The notes beneath the pieces were generated by a model. That model ran no database searches. It saw only the letters and a list, made by a program, of their open reading frames with translations, and was not told where the DNA came from. From Tricharina praecox (Eukaryota), in NCBI RefSeq assembly GCF_024521635.1, contig NW_026250422.1:62001-126000 (forward strand): 64,000 nucleotides of DNA. Reading direction: 5' to 3'. Shown piece by piece: positions 23,581 through 36,779 of the stretch. Position 1 is the stretch's first letter, and each line of letters begins with the position of its first letter. The position numbers and the translations under genes are program-made.

Positions 23581-26500
23581 CTGTAATGGGATTTCAAGCT
23601 GGAATGTGGAGAGTTAATGGGATATGTGTAGATGTTGAAGGTGGCATGTCAGCTTTAATATATCTGGTCATCCTGGCATGGACCGCAAGGCTGCAAGTGC
23701 ACGGCATCTCACTCGGGACTACGTCATGGGTAATGACTCGACTACAGATTTCAAGCTGCAGCTTCGCCATCCAATTTCCCGCCTGGGGCTGGTAGAGCGG
23801 CGTAGGCTGATGCACGGAGGTAGCGACTACTGCCGCTGGATGATAACGAGCGAGTGAGTGAGTGCTTGGGTGACCCATCTGCAATACTAGTTGCTGTATC
23901 ATAGTACCGCAGGCTTCCCCGGCAGTTTGTTTCCGCCTGTCGGCGTTCGGGAGAGCCCTGACTATCTAGGTAGTATGTAGGTACTTTATTACTGAGGATC
24001 CCGTGTCTGGGCTGTGGGAAGGCCGTGCTGCTGAATACCTAGACTCTATCATACTACTATATAGGTGTATAGGTACATAGGTAGTTATGCGTGATCATTG
24101 GGTTCACGATTCGCATCTCCGTTGAGTAGATACATTGCATAAAGTAGCCGGACGACCTCCGCAGCTGTGGCGAGTGATAAATGTAGTAGTAATTCGAGAA
24201 CCGATCTGTCAGGTCCACCATCGTTGTTTGAGTGAGAGAGTAGTGATTGATGATATCATACGGGTATGGTGCTCTACCGTACATGTAGAAATTACCTTGC
24301 CGAGAAGTATAGTATTATAGGTAGGCTCCCGACCAGCGTGTGTGGGGCTCACTCACGGAGGGAACAAACCCACTGGCCGCAAGTGTGAAGTATGAGCCGC
24401 AGCGGAACGCCCATAATGCCCAGAACGCCCAGATGGAACTTATGTACCTTTGACTCTTGCGGCGTGATCGTCACTGTCATCACCTGTCAGTTCTTGGTTA
24501 GTTATGCCGCTATTTGGGTTTCCTCTGGGCGTTCGCCGAGACTCTACACGGGCCCGATATATACGCACAGTGACAGCGATCGGCTCCTCGGTCCCCAAGG
24601 CGAAGCCATTGCGATCGTCAGGAGTACTTGTCACTTCCGCCGGGCCGCAGACGGAGGATTTGGAGTATCTAGATACGGTATCTACCGCTGGCTCGGGGGG
24701 TTGGGGGGTTGGGGGGCAATCATCCGAGGTTACGGTATTGCTGTTTGAGTGTTGCAACTTGGCTGCTTGTTCGAACTTCGTGCGGTACCTGGATAGGTAC
24801 ATAATTGGCTTGCGATTGTAGTGGTGGGTGAGAGTGAATGTGGGCTCGTGGCGGCGGTGGCTTGCTATTCAGCTGGTGATTGTAGTTACACAGTTGTCCC
24901 GTTGCCTCACCGCAACATGCACTTCTGGACAACTCCCGCAATCTGCACTTCTAGATAACCGCCATGGCTTGCACTTCTCATTGCACTTCGATAGTTATCA
25001 TGACTTACACTTCTCCACCACTTATCGATACCACGGTTTGCATTTCTCCCCACTTGCGCGCTGCCGATGGACGGCTATTGTGCATTATCTTTGCCACTCG
25101 AGTCTCGAGTGTTCACTTCCACCCGCCTTCGCTTCAATCCCTCATCAAGACTCCATTGAACATCCACATGTAACTGCTAGCCCCCACGTTACCGGAATAA
25201 GTCCTAACCAATTGCTAATTCTTCTCGACAAGAGTGACGGACACGGCTCCGAAAAGCAATCACGGCTATGTATCCGGCCAGTGGGCAGTGGGCAGTGTCT
25301 TCGACTTCCCGTCTCTCCTCAAAGGGTGCATCACTGCATAACTATCCCGCAGGCTCGAAGAGTCGAAGGTTGGTCCCGTGGAAAAGGGGTTGCTGCATCA
25401 GCTCGACGCCTCGTTACGCCCCGTCGATGGTTGGACACGCATGACTTGAGAAGTTGAAATCTGCTCCACGCTCGCAGCTCCAGAATCCACAGTCCAGAGT
25501 CCTGAGGATATTTCGGTTGCGGTTTCGGGGTGTCATGTCGCCATTTAGAGCAGACTCCAGAGTGCCTTAGTACGAGCCTAATGCAATGCTACGGCGTTTC
25601 CCGCCGCCAAAAAAAACACCGAGTTCCCCACGTCCTCCGGGTGGGGTGCCCCTTGAACCTTCACGTTACCGTTCTCGGCGCTGCGAATTGAGTTCGGTTG
25701 AGACGCGAGAGCTTTGTCAAAAGTGGTCAACCTATGCATATATCAAACATAATTAGGACACACAAATATCCGCTGCAGAATTCTCGAAAAAGGATTGATC
25801 TTCGTGTCCCCCTCCCCACAGAGGTACCGCCCCCACACTCCTCCGTCATTTGTCGCGGATACATCGCTAGGTAGCGACAGTTACGGTGGTCGTAACCGGG
25901 ATAAATCCTACACACCTACCTACTCTACATACACACAGCTCAGGTCTGGGTCACCATATAGTCGGGAACATATGAGTTAAAGCCGTATATACGCACCGTA
26001 TGCGACGATAAATTGATGTTCTCTCTCTGTCTCACGGCGAAGATCCACCTTGTATGCTTGTATTTTGGCGGAGAGACCTTATTGGGACCAGGGGGACCTG
26101 GTGGAACCCATGTGTCACGGAGGGCAGACCCGATATGGTCGTTGAACGTTGAATTGTTTCTGTTGCTTTTCTGTTCCTGTCTGTTCGCCTTGCTTTTCTT
26201 CTCAACATCATCATAGAACTCTCTTCCAATTGATCACGTTTCTTTGACCACACCTGTTCTTGGGTCTCTCAGTACCTACTCTAGAGTACCATCTAGAGTA
26301 TGTACTCCGACAAGACACGACACGATGTTGGACAGCGGCCTCTCCTCCCCCTCTATAACCGCCCATAACTATCGTGCAGCCATCCGTGCGTTCCAGGTTG
26401 GTGATCCGCCATCGCGATCCGATCCCGCGGCCACCACCATCTCCACCATCTCCACCGCCACCGACGATGACGATGAAGGAAGGAGCGCCACTGGCAGTCT

Positions 26501-27108
26501 CGCCGGTGAGGTCAAAGCGCGGATCGGAACCGGGGAGACCGGGCATACTCCACAGTATCTAACTTCAGCTGTGGCAAATCTCAGCCACTAGAGGTCTGAG
26601 GAGTTAGTCACCTAGCTCACATCACCAGAGTCTGGAGCGCACTGTGCTAACCAACTATCCTCATCGCCGATCGGTCCCGTACTCCACATCCACAACTCCA
26701 GAACTCCGCCTCCCACGGTGTTTCTATACAAGGATGGCTCGCGAGTGCGAGTGCGAATCGACTCGGAAGGATGCACTAGTATGGAGGCTATCGATTCCTC
26801 GAATTTCCCCGCCCCAGACTCCCAGAGTCCAGATCTGCGCTGCAAAACTCCGGAATCCCCGCAAGATGGGCCGTCCAGCCGGACTCTGGAGAGCTCCATC
26901 TTCTGGTTGGCGGGATGCTTGGGCCCACTACAATCTTGCTCTTGCTGGAATGTCCGATGGACCGTGGACACTGAAAAATGTGTGGAGACTCCGGAAAAAA
27001 AGAATTGATTAACTATTATACACAGCCGAATTGGCGAAAGACATGAAGAAAGAAACAAAGAAAGAAGAAAGAAAGAAAAGAACAGAACAGAACTCAACCA
27101 ATGGGTAT

Positions 27109-29117
27109 CTACGCCTGCGCCTGTGTCTTCTTCCACTCGTCCACCAGCCCTCTGTAATCCTCTGGTCCGTATGGCGTAAAGCACTCGCTGATCACGCCTC
27201 CCTTGCGCCTTCCCGACAATCCCACATCGCCCAGCAACAGGTCGATATATGGAATCGCATCAAACACGAAATCCGGGTACCGGGCCCCGTAGCCGCCCGG
27301 ATACCGCCACTTGCCGAACCGCGTGTGCAGTGCCGTCTCGCGCAGCACCGTGTCCTCGAGCGTCTTGTCCTCTTCGCCGCTGCCGTCGCTGCTGACGGTC
27401 TGGAGCTTTCCGTCGAGGTAGGCGGTGAGCCACAGCGCTTGCGCCTGCGCCACCATTGGCGTGCAGATCGTTTGCACCATCCCGTTGAAGACCACGGTGC
27501 GGTCGTGGATCAGTGCCGGAGGCACCATGAAGCGGTACAGGCTGAATCCGCGGTTGATGTCGCCCTCTGCTTCGCTGGTTCTGCGGAGCGGGGTGAGCTT
27601 GGGGTTCATCTTTGGGCGATCCTGGAGTATCGGGAAGCGATCCATAATCTCTTTGTCCACTGCCGTGGTGGCCGGGTCGTCGGTTTCGGCCTCGGAGTCG
27701 TGATGTGGCAGCCCGAGCTGCGTGTCGAGAGCCATCCCACTGGAGGAGATGAATTTCATTGCGGGGTGGAATTTCCAGCCGGTGGAGCAGATCAGTGCGT
27801 CGGCGTGGAGCGTGGTGGGGGTTTCGGAGGCCGAGTCCTGGACGTGGACGGTCTTCGCGGTCAGGTTCGTGATCTCAGTGATGTGCACAGAGATTTTGCC
27901 TTCCTTGACGAGGTCGAAGAAATTCGTCGGGTAGTTGAGGATGCTGAGCCCCGAGGCGATCCAGAAGGCGTCGACCCAGGGCTTCAGCTTCGCGGTCTCG
28001 GGGTGTTTGTCGTACTCGTTGAGGGCGATCACGTCGCTTCCGAGGATACCCCAGAATCCCTTGGTGATGGTACGTCCGACCGCCGTGTTGTGAAGGAACC
28101 ACCGAGGATTGGTGAATCCGTCGGCCTCGCCCCACGCGCACGGGCTCAACCACGTAAGGAGACGGGTGGTAACGAGCTTCTCGAGCCACTTCTTCATCGG
28201 CGTCACGTATGGCGGTGCCATCCATGTCGGCCCGTGTCCCGACTCGCGGATGACCCAATCGACGTGGATCCCCCTGGTGGCGAACGCGTAAGCGGCATCC
28301 CACGCCGACTTGGTTCCGCCAAAGACGACAACGTTGGTAGCCGAGGCGAACAGCTCCTCCGACTTGTCCAGCAGATTACCGCAGTGGATGATGGGCGCCT
28401 CAAATCCTTCCTCGCCCGGGAACGTGGGAAGGAACGGCTGCGACGTCAACCCGGTAGCTACGACCATCTTCTTAGTCGAGAGCTTATAGCACGCGGGCTC
28501 ACCCCGATCCTCGGCCGTCGACTTCTCGACCGTCAAGACCCACCCGGCCGCATCGTCCAACTTCTCGGCCACGGTCACCGCCTCCCCGAACCGGCATAGC
28601 TTCAGAATATCGAACTTCTCGGCAAAGCACTCGAGATACTCGTGGACGACAGTTCCGGGGATGTGTTGGCCAGGCTTAACGCCAAAATCGTTGTCGCCCG
28701 TCATGGGCGCGTCCGAGTACTCATACGTGCCCAGCATGTTGTTGGTCTTGAGCCCCGGGTACAGCCGGTGCTCGGCCCATACACCGCCGATCGTCGCCGA
28801 TTTGTCGAGGATTGCCACGCGCGCCGTCGGGTTCACCTCCAGATACGTTTTGGCGGTGATCAGACCGTGCCATCCTGTGCATCATCGACCATAGTACGTC
28901 AGCGATTGAGCCCTCTAAAAAAACCGCCGAGCAGCAGCCTCGGTCCGGTGTGAAACGAAGGGGGAAATGCCATGGCAGTTGCCGACGGCCCGCCGAGAAG
29001 CTGGATCCGCGAGGGGGAGGAGCCATGGAATGGGGAATGGGGGAGGAAGGAGCGAGACCGACCGGCACCAATGATCACCAAGTCCAGAGGAGCAGGAGGA
29101 GGGGAAACTGTTTCCAT
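27109..29117 (-). CDS. Flavin-containing monooxygenase-like (FMO/class B flavoprotein monooxygenase)
   Basis: Exon 1 (29117-29063, LDLVIIGAG) joins exon 2 (WHGL) across intron 29062-28875 (GTCGGT..GCTGAC..CAG), giving GAGWHG. Also IGGVW, YPGLKTNN, ATG, FEAPIIH, VVVFGGTKSAWD (NADPH motif) and ICSTGW. Confidence 0.9.
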
Positions 29118-32100
29118 CGTGAATCTCCGAATGTATGTATGAGGGTTTTTTTATTTAGTCTGGGGGATTCCGTTTCAGGTATGTCTGGATTCTAGCTCTC
29201 GGACTCCGGAGCGTGAGTGTGTGTGATGCGTGTGCGAACGGGGACCCGGGGGACAGGACAGGATCTGATTCGACGACGCGGCAGTGATGCGTGCGTTCTT
29301 CTCGGTGGAAATATGAGGAGAGCGTGTAAACATGCCGGAGATGATCGGAGGTTGGGGGTGCGCGATTGTCCCTTTTAATTGAGGGGGGGAAGGGGGAGTC
29401 CCGCCGCTACCTATGTAGGTACATACATTGCACATATTCACAGTACGCACACGTGCTAGGTATAGCCATCATGTAACTATTGCCATCCCGAGGACGCCCC
29501 ATCTCATCTAGGGGAGTCCGAATAAGTGGAGAGATCTTCCCTGTCCAGAGCGATGTGGCCGCAACCGGCTATTTTATTAACTACTAGCAACTAGGGACGA
29601 GTGATAGTGCGTACGTACCGTATGTAGCAGGCGAAACCATCGCCGAATCCGAATTGTGGAACTGGACCTGGGAAAGGTTGGGGTTGACGAATCACACACG
29701 TGCCTATCAGATGCGAAAAGCCCATTTGCTCGCTGTTTTAACCAGATGCTTCATCCCAGATTCTTCATCCCGGAAGTTACCATAACTTACCATAATTCTT
29801 GCAAGTGCTTAAAGTGGCCAGACCAGACGAGACAGGCCCTGGTGCTGGTGGGGGGAGGGGGGGGGGGGGGGGGGGCTTGGTGGTGTGGGTTTGTACTACT
29901 ATAGGTGCTATACCTATAGTAGTATGATACATCTACCGAGAAATTCTGCTCCACAAAAAAAGAAGGAAGGGCGGACGACTGCTCCGTCGTACCTACATCT
30001 AGATAGATACTCGTGCAGTGCGCCCTTCGGGCTTCACATATAACTCGAAGCCCTATAGGTATACCGGTACCGGTACTGGGAATTGTGCGAGTGAAGTACC
30101 GACATTTATCCAGCCAGAGTAGGTAGGCGTCGTTGGACCTTCTAGGACGACCTCCTCAAGAGTGGTTAGAGTAGGTATCTAGTTAGAGGAGTTGGAGTAT
30201 CACACCAGAGTCCACTCCACTAACAACTTGACTGCTATGTATATATGTGTGTAATGTGGGCACCTATGTAGGTATTCTTCATATAGAAATCGGATGAGTG
30301 CTGCAGTTTGAAAAATTCAGACATGTCATGATCCTGGGCGGAAAGCAGTCCGGCCGAGGACTACTGGCTAGAACCTACCTCCTACTTTTCTAGGTGCATC
30401 CCAACTGACAGTGGACACCCGGACGGCGGAAGTACGTGGTAGTGCGTACGCTATTCGGGAGTATAGAGCTTGGCATTGTACAATTGCACATTGAATATTC
30501 GCATATTTTGCACATTGCGATTGCACATTGCGATTGCACATTTGCACAGTTGCACATTCACATTTTGCACATTGTGCACATACACTTCGACCTGAGGTCC
30601 CGGATGAGTAGTAGATATGACTCTACAGCCTTTTCAGGTTGAACCGACAGCCTGTGTGTGCACATTAGAGCACCTGGGCCAGATGTATAACTCCATACAA
30701 CCATGAAGTCCTTAGGTAAGAGGTCCACAAGTACTCTAGCCTCGTTCCTCCAGGAGGCCAGTGCACACAACGTGGCCCACCGCAACTTGCAAGTTCGCAA
30801 CAGCCGATCACCTCCGCTAGCGATGACTACTGTAGGCAGGCCCGTAAGTACCTATGAATAATTGCCCCATCCTTGGAGATGGCTTGCTCTCGAGCCACCG
30901 TCGGATCCCGATCGTGGGAGTGCAGATGATACAGAAACGTCGGGATTTTTATACGTAGGGATTTGTTTATATGTTGGAACTTGATTGGTCGTCGTTGCAT
31001 CTCTGGAAGCGCCTGTCAGCAGAGTGCTCGCGAATGGGGCAGGGGGTAAGCGAGAGAACAGGCTCCAGAGGCGACGGCGACATCATCGCAGGAGCCCGAG
31101 ATAGGGGTGTTGTGGGGCGGGGGGCTGTCGCCATCTACAGCAGCCGACTGTCGGGAAAGGCAGGCTGATGGCTTTCTCCGTCCCGTCGACCGGATACTCG
31201 GCACTGCCACTGCCGTCTGGGAGTGGCAGGAGTTTATGGGTTCCCGGTGGGTGGTGAACGAGAGCGAGAATATTCTGCCTTTTGTGGCTGCGATGTGCGT
31301 TTTGTGTGTGCCGTCGAAGTGGGAAGTAGAGTGGGAGGCGTCGTCCCGCGCCAGACTGAAGCAAGCTTAAGCGGCGTGAAGGTGCGCCTCCATCCATGTC
31401 TGCGGGATTCTTCAACTTCAACTTCTTCTTCTTCTGCATGTCCATCTTCTGTATCTTCGTCTTCGTTTTCGTCTCCTTCTTATGAAGTGGTATAATACAC
31501 ACCAGGAATCCACACATTTCACAACAAATTCGCTTGCAAGATGTTCTGTGTACCCGTACCGGTGGTGCCGGGGAAACCTGACTACTGGTGGCGATCGAGA
31601 TGATGCGGTGCTGCTCGAGTTTTGCGGGCGTGCGTGCGCGGACGTGGAGCCTGTGTGGGTCTTCTTCTTACGAACTCGACGAGAATTAGGCTACCAGTAA
31701 CTATGCTATAGGTACTCTAGCATATAGAGTCAAATCACCCCCACGAGGCTCGGAATTCTTCAGAGCTCCCCACGTTGGCCAAATATCAGGCTCTAGCCTC
31801 CTGTGGTTTGGCGGTGAGTGTAGGTACTAGTATACCTACTATACTACATACCGTCAGGGACTGGAACCAAGTGACTACCGAGGATTTCTTAAAACAGCGG
31901 CCACTTCATGGGTGCAATTGGCCGTCCTGGGGATAACTGGGTACCTGCTATATGTTCAGAAATTCCGGGTTTCTGGCCAGTCGACCATACCATACCGCAC
32001 TCCATAGTACCGTACCAACGAATCGGCATCCGCCTTGAGGCTTTCTCCCGTCTGCATTCTTTTATAGCGCAGCCCAGGTCCTCTCCTTTAATCCGTCTCC

Positions 32101-32287
32101 CCCGGATCGTTCGTTTCGCCGTTCTCATCGTCTCAGGCCCACTGGCCACTATTTTCCACCGAGTGCCTGGGATCGCACCTCATCAGCCCACCGCCATTCA
32201 CCTCATCGCGGATTCCCGACGTCAAAACTTCTACGTACAGCTGCATCTCAACTTGGCGACGCCGTATACAACCACCCGACACTCACG

Positions 32288-33822
32288 ATGGCGGGAGGCC
32301 CGGTAGACGCCTTCATCACGGAGGCCTTCACGCTCCTTGGCATAGCAATCTCCATCATCGTCCTACGAACATACGCGCGATGGAGCTCCGTGGGCTTTCG
32401 AAACCTTGCCCTCGATGATTACATCATGGTCTTTGCGGGGGTGAATATGTGCACCGTTCCGCGTCGGCTCTTAACCCCCATCTGACTTACCGCCCCGGGG
32501 GGAAAAAGATAGTATACGCCCTCGAGACCTTTGCCGCCTACACCGTCGTCGCCATCTACTTGGGCCTCGCAAACAATGGCATGACCGACGAACAGCGCAG
32601 AACGCTGAAGCCATCGGATCCAGAGTGGGACAAGCGAATCGGCGGCAGCAAGACTCAGCTTGTCGGCTGGAGTCTGTACACCTGTCTCTTGTGGAGCTTG
32701 AAGCTGGCGATGGCAAAGTTCTACTCGCGATTGACGTGAGTTGCTGCATCTTATGGGAGAGGGTGGTGCTGATGATCAACAGCGTGGGTCTGCATATGAA
32801 TATGCGCATCAACATCGCATATGCCTCCATCGGTGTCACGTATGTCGTGACGCTGCTCAGTATCCACTTGGGATGCTTGCCGTACGAGAAGAACTGGCAG
32901 ATTTATCCCGATCCGCGCAGTGAGTACCTATCCCAGTGCCAGCTCGCACACACGGCGATTGAGGGATCGTGCTGATATGCTTCCGCAGACCACTGCCAAC
33001 CCGCCATCTCAAAGATCAACCTTTATGTAACGGTTGTACTCAACGTCATTACGGATCTCTATCTGATGTCCATCCCGCTTCCTGTAAGGCTTTCCCCCGC
33101 ATTTCGGACCAAGCAGAACTGACCCCCACCAGCTGCTGTGGAAAGCCAACATAACTCCCAAGCGCAAGGCTCTCCTCCTAATCATGTTTTCGGGCGGAAT
33201 CTTCGTCATCATCGCCGGAATCCTCCGGTGCGCGCTGATCATCGCCGACCCGGTCAACGGTGCCGCCCAAGCCGGCTCCTGGGCGGTCCGCGAAACGTTC
33301 GTCGCGGCTGTGATCGGCAACATCCCAATGATCTACCCGCTCTTTGCGCGCACCGTGGCCAAAGTGCAGTCCTCGGTGCTATCCTCGGCGCTGGGGGGGT
33401 CGTCGAACAAGCACTCGATGGGCGGCTCACACAACATGGCCGGCGGCGACTCGATGAAGCCGTCGAAGCCCGCGCGGCGGAAGATGAACCTGATGTCGAT
33501 CGGGCTGACCACGCTCGGCGGCGGCGACAGCGCCGAGCGCATCGTCGACAACGTCCCCCCCGTCACCCGCGGCCAGGGCTCGCCAACCCTCAACGGCATC
33601 AGCGTCACGAAGGAGTTCGTCACCTCCACTACCGGAACGCAGCGTTCCGCTAGCCTTGATACCCGCGATCGCGGCGGCACCGACGGGAGAAACACAGACG
33701 ACCTCGAATACGGCCCTAGCGATACTAGGAGGATGTCGTTCCCTACCGCCTTCGACGGTCGCCCGGGGTACACCGTTAAGTGCGAGACAGCGGGGGCGAC
33801 GGTTCGGTCGCCGCCGCGGTAG
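32288..33822 (+). CDS. PTH11-like (rhodopsin-domain, no CFEM) multi-pass membrane protein
   Basis: LRTYAR....GFRNL.LDDY, GLANNGMTDEQR, GSKTQLVGWSLY..LLWSLK, C.P..KNWQIYPDP, LNVITDLYLMSIP and WAVRETFVA.VIGNIPMI. Four short introns with donors at about 32441, 32736, 32920 and 33084. Confidence 0.9.
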
Positions 33823-35383
33823 TGGCGGGCTGGGGTGGTCGAGGGAAGGGAAGGGTTGGGTCGGGTCTGCTGCTTTTCGATATAGATGGGAATGGTGTTT
33901 TGTTTTCAGTTCGGTGGGGGCGGGGGGGGGGGGGGGGGGGGTTACGGCCTATGCTTTCTTTTCTTCCGAGGCGGACATACTTCTGTCATGTAGGTGTCTA
34001 CCGGCTCCTTTCTTTCTTCCTTGTACAATTCTGTTTGACCGGGTGCCTTTCGCATGCCTTTGGACGGAAAATACCTTTGCAGAGCTGAGGCTCTCGGGCA
34101 GACATATACTACATACCATATATACACATGCATACCATACTACAGCCAACGAGCGTGCTCGAGCGTCGGCACAATCATTGCGGTCCCTTCACTTCTTGAG
34201 ACGGTGTCTTTTTGAGGCATTGTGGCTTGGTTTACTCGACTTTTGTATCTACTTCACTATATATACCGGTAGTATATTCAAGAAGAGAGATATCCGCACG
34301 CAAGCCAGAGACTACAGTTACTGTAGTGATCACAGCAACGAACCATACGCCGCCACGCAGTACGGTAGGAAGCACTCATGTAGCCACTGAAACACGGATG
34401 GCCAGGATCTACTCTGCCGCCCGCACATCGGCTCGGTTCGCTTCGGTGAAGCCTGAAGGTGGTTAGGTGGTTTAGCGAAGAAGGGAGAAGACGAGGGCGG
34501 GGATGAAGGTGCCTACAGTGCCTACCTACCTACCTACCTACCTACCTACTCTACATATCATGCCCGCCAGGCGTAACGGTTCTACTCTGTATATAGTACC
34601 ATGCAGTACAGTACATCGTCTGCCCGCTGATACCTGCCCACCAGGCACCTACTCTGGAGTGTAGTACGAGTAGTGTAGGATCGTGCCTTGATACGTGTAA
34701 TATGTACATCATGTAATTCCAATACCCTGGTGAAGAAGGCTTACCTACCTCCCCACCAGGTATGTAGATTATGGCAATACCCCGTTTCCACGCCACTTTC
34801 CAACCCGACTTTCATCAGGTAGGTAGCCTGATGTGGCTTTCCCTGGCCTCCGCTCTCCGCCCCCGGCCTGTCCCAGCAATGAAGCAAGAGTAGAGGAACA
34901 ACTTCCGGAAACCAAAAAGTTTTGTGCGCGGCATTTGAAACCGAGTGATGCTATATGTAAACATGTAACCACGTAAACGACGACGATACCAATCCAGAAG
35001 TTCTGAAGCCTCCTTTGGCTGCTCTGTAGCATGGCCGTTTCGCGACGGAGGCTACGCAGTAGTCACTCAGCCATTACTCCATCTCACGGCAGCTCACACC
35101 GCCATACGCAGGTACTCGCGAGTGCCATCTCATGAAGTCCCGTTGTCAATCCGCCTCACGAATCCATCCCAGTTCCGCGTCCACCGGTGCAACAAGTTAC
35201 AAACAGTTCCTCTATTCACCTATTCATCCCACCCACCCACCTGGTATCTCAGTTGAAATTGACGAGCTCCAGCCTCAAAGAGCTCAAAGAATAATTTACA
35301 AAAACACCCCAAAACGCCTGCCCAACCAAGCAACCAACCCATGCAAATTGCAAACATATGAGATGACTCCTACTACTGCGGTG

Positions 35384-36779
35384 TCACTCCCGCGGCTCCT
35401 CGTGCGGAAACAGTAATCCGACCATACACTTGACAGCCTCGAAGACGCCTCGTTCGGCGACAAGGTCCTTGAACAGCGGCGCTACCCTGGCCAGGTTTCC
35501 GTCCGCGTCGATTTGTGTCCCTGAGTGAGCCCGGTTAGTCTGCGCTTCCTTCCTACGCTTCCTGCGAAGAGGAGGGATGAGGAGTGGGAGTGCACTCACA
35601 AACGCCCGGCACCCTTGCATCGCCATCAACAGTGCTTACGGCCTCGCCGACCTCATCGACGCCTATACTCCACCGCACCACGAACTCCAGCGATCTCTTC
35701 CCCTTGTCCCCCTTCCCCGCACTTCTGGGGCGAAAGCATAGCACCCGCTCACCGAGCAGGGCATTGATCTCTCGGGGCGAGGGTTTATGTGCCTTCGCCT
35801 TTGCCTTTGCCTTTTTGCTGATCCTCTTGCTCCCGGGAGCGTACTGCGGCAGCAGTCCCGGGTACCGCCAACACAGCCGCGCCCACACCTTCGCGCGCTT
35901 GAGCGCCAGCGGCTGGTACGTGCTGATCGCCCACAGCAGGACCTTTGGATCACGCGCGCCCGCGCACTCCTTGATGACGGGCGTGAGTTCGCCACGCGCC
36001 CACTGACTAACGGAGCAGTACAGCTCCTCGACCGTCTCTTCGTGCGCGGACACCACGAGCGAGACTTGGAACGTCAGCGCCGCGATGGGCGCGCCTGCGT
36101 ACCCCACGATCTGGTGCTGCCGGTTCAAGCCGGGCGGGAGCGGCGTGACCAAGGATTTGGTGAAGGTTAGCGCGGAGAAGGCGCGTAGTTGGGGGAGCGG
36201 GTTGGAGACGGGCAGGGGCAGCGCGGACGGGATCGCCGCGTCTGCGACGGCCGCGTCGAAGTCGAAGGTGGGCGTGGGTGGGAGCGAGGCGAATGAGGCG
36301 TCGTTGGCGGCGAGGAGGCGGGTGCTGCTTCGGCATCAGCGGGGGTGTGTGTGTGGGGGGCAACTGCGCACCGCGGACACATACATCATTGAGTCTTGAT
36401 CGTTTGATTTTGCTTTTCCCCGCTCCTGGGCTTGCGCAGCCTCCAGCTTTGCGATCTCCGCCTCGAGCTGCTGGATCGCGAGCTCGTCCGCGTAGATCTC
36501 GTCTTCCTGCGCCCTGCGCGCTTTCGCCGCGTCGTCGAGCTCGGGGGTGGCTTCGCGCGCGACGGGAGGGAGGGCGTGGGGGTGCCGCAGAGCGGCCGCC
36601 GTCAACGCTGGTTTCCTAAAGACCTCGCTGGCTGGCCCTGGCTTGATGGGAGGTTTGCTCATGGTGTCGAAACCGCCGAACGCGCGTTTCGTGGCGGAGG
36701 GAGGGGACGACAGGCTGGATGAGGAGGACGATGCGCCATCGCTTAGGCGGTGGGGTTGGGGCAGGAAGAGGTCCGCCAT
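35384..36779 (-). CDS. Probable inner-kinetochore COMA subunit CENP-P/Ctf19/Fta2-like protein (~418 aa)
   Basis: Three exons, with introns 36384-36325/36328 (NAGNAG acceptor) and 35599-35521. N-terminal disorder and a coiled coil are followed by an alpha/beta region. The C-terminus LEFVVRWSIGVDEVG...ARVPGVWTQIDADGNLARVAPLFKDLVAERGVFEAVKCMV resembles my recollection of the CENP-P RWD C-terminus. Confidence 0.65.

Noticed and set aside
26244..27012. Short ORFs downstream of the FMO stop
   Set aside because: No family motif and no convincing exon chain.
27031..28599. 522-aa plus-strand ORF
   Set aside because: Antisense shadow of the GC-rich FMO coding sequence; non-ATG start and no motifs.
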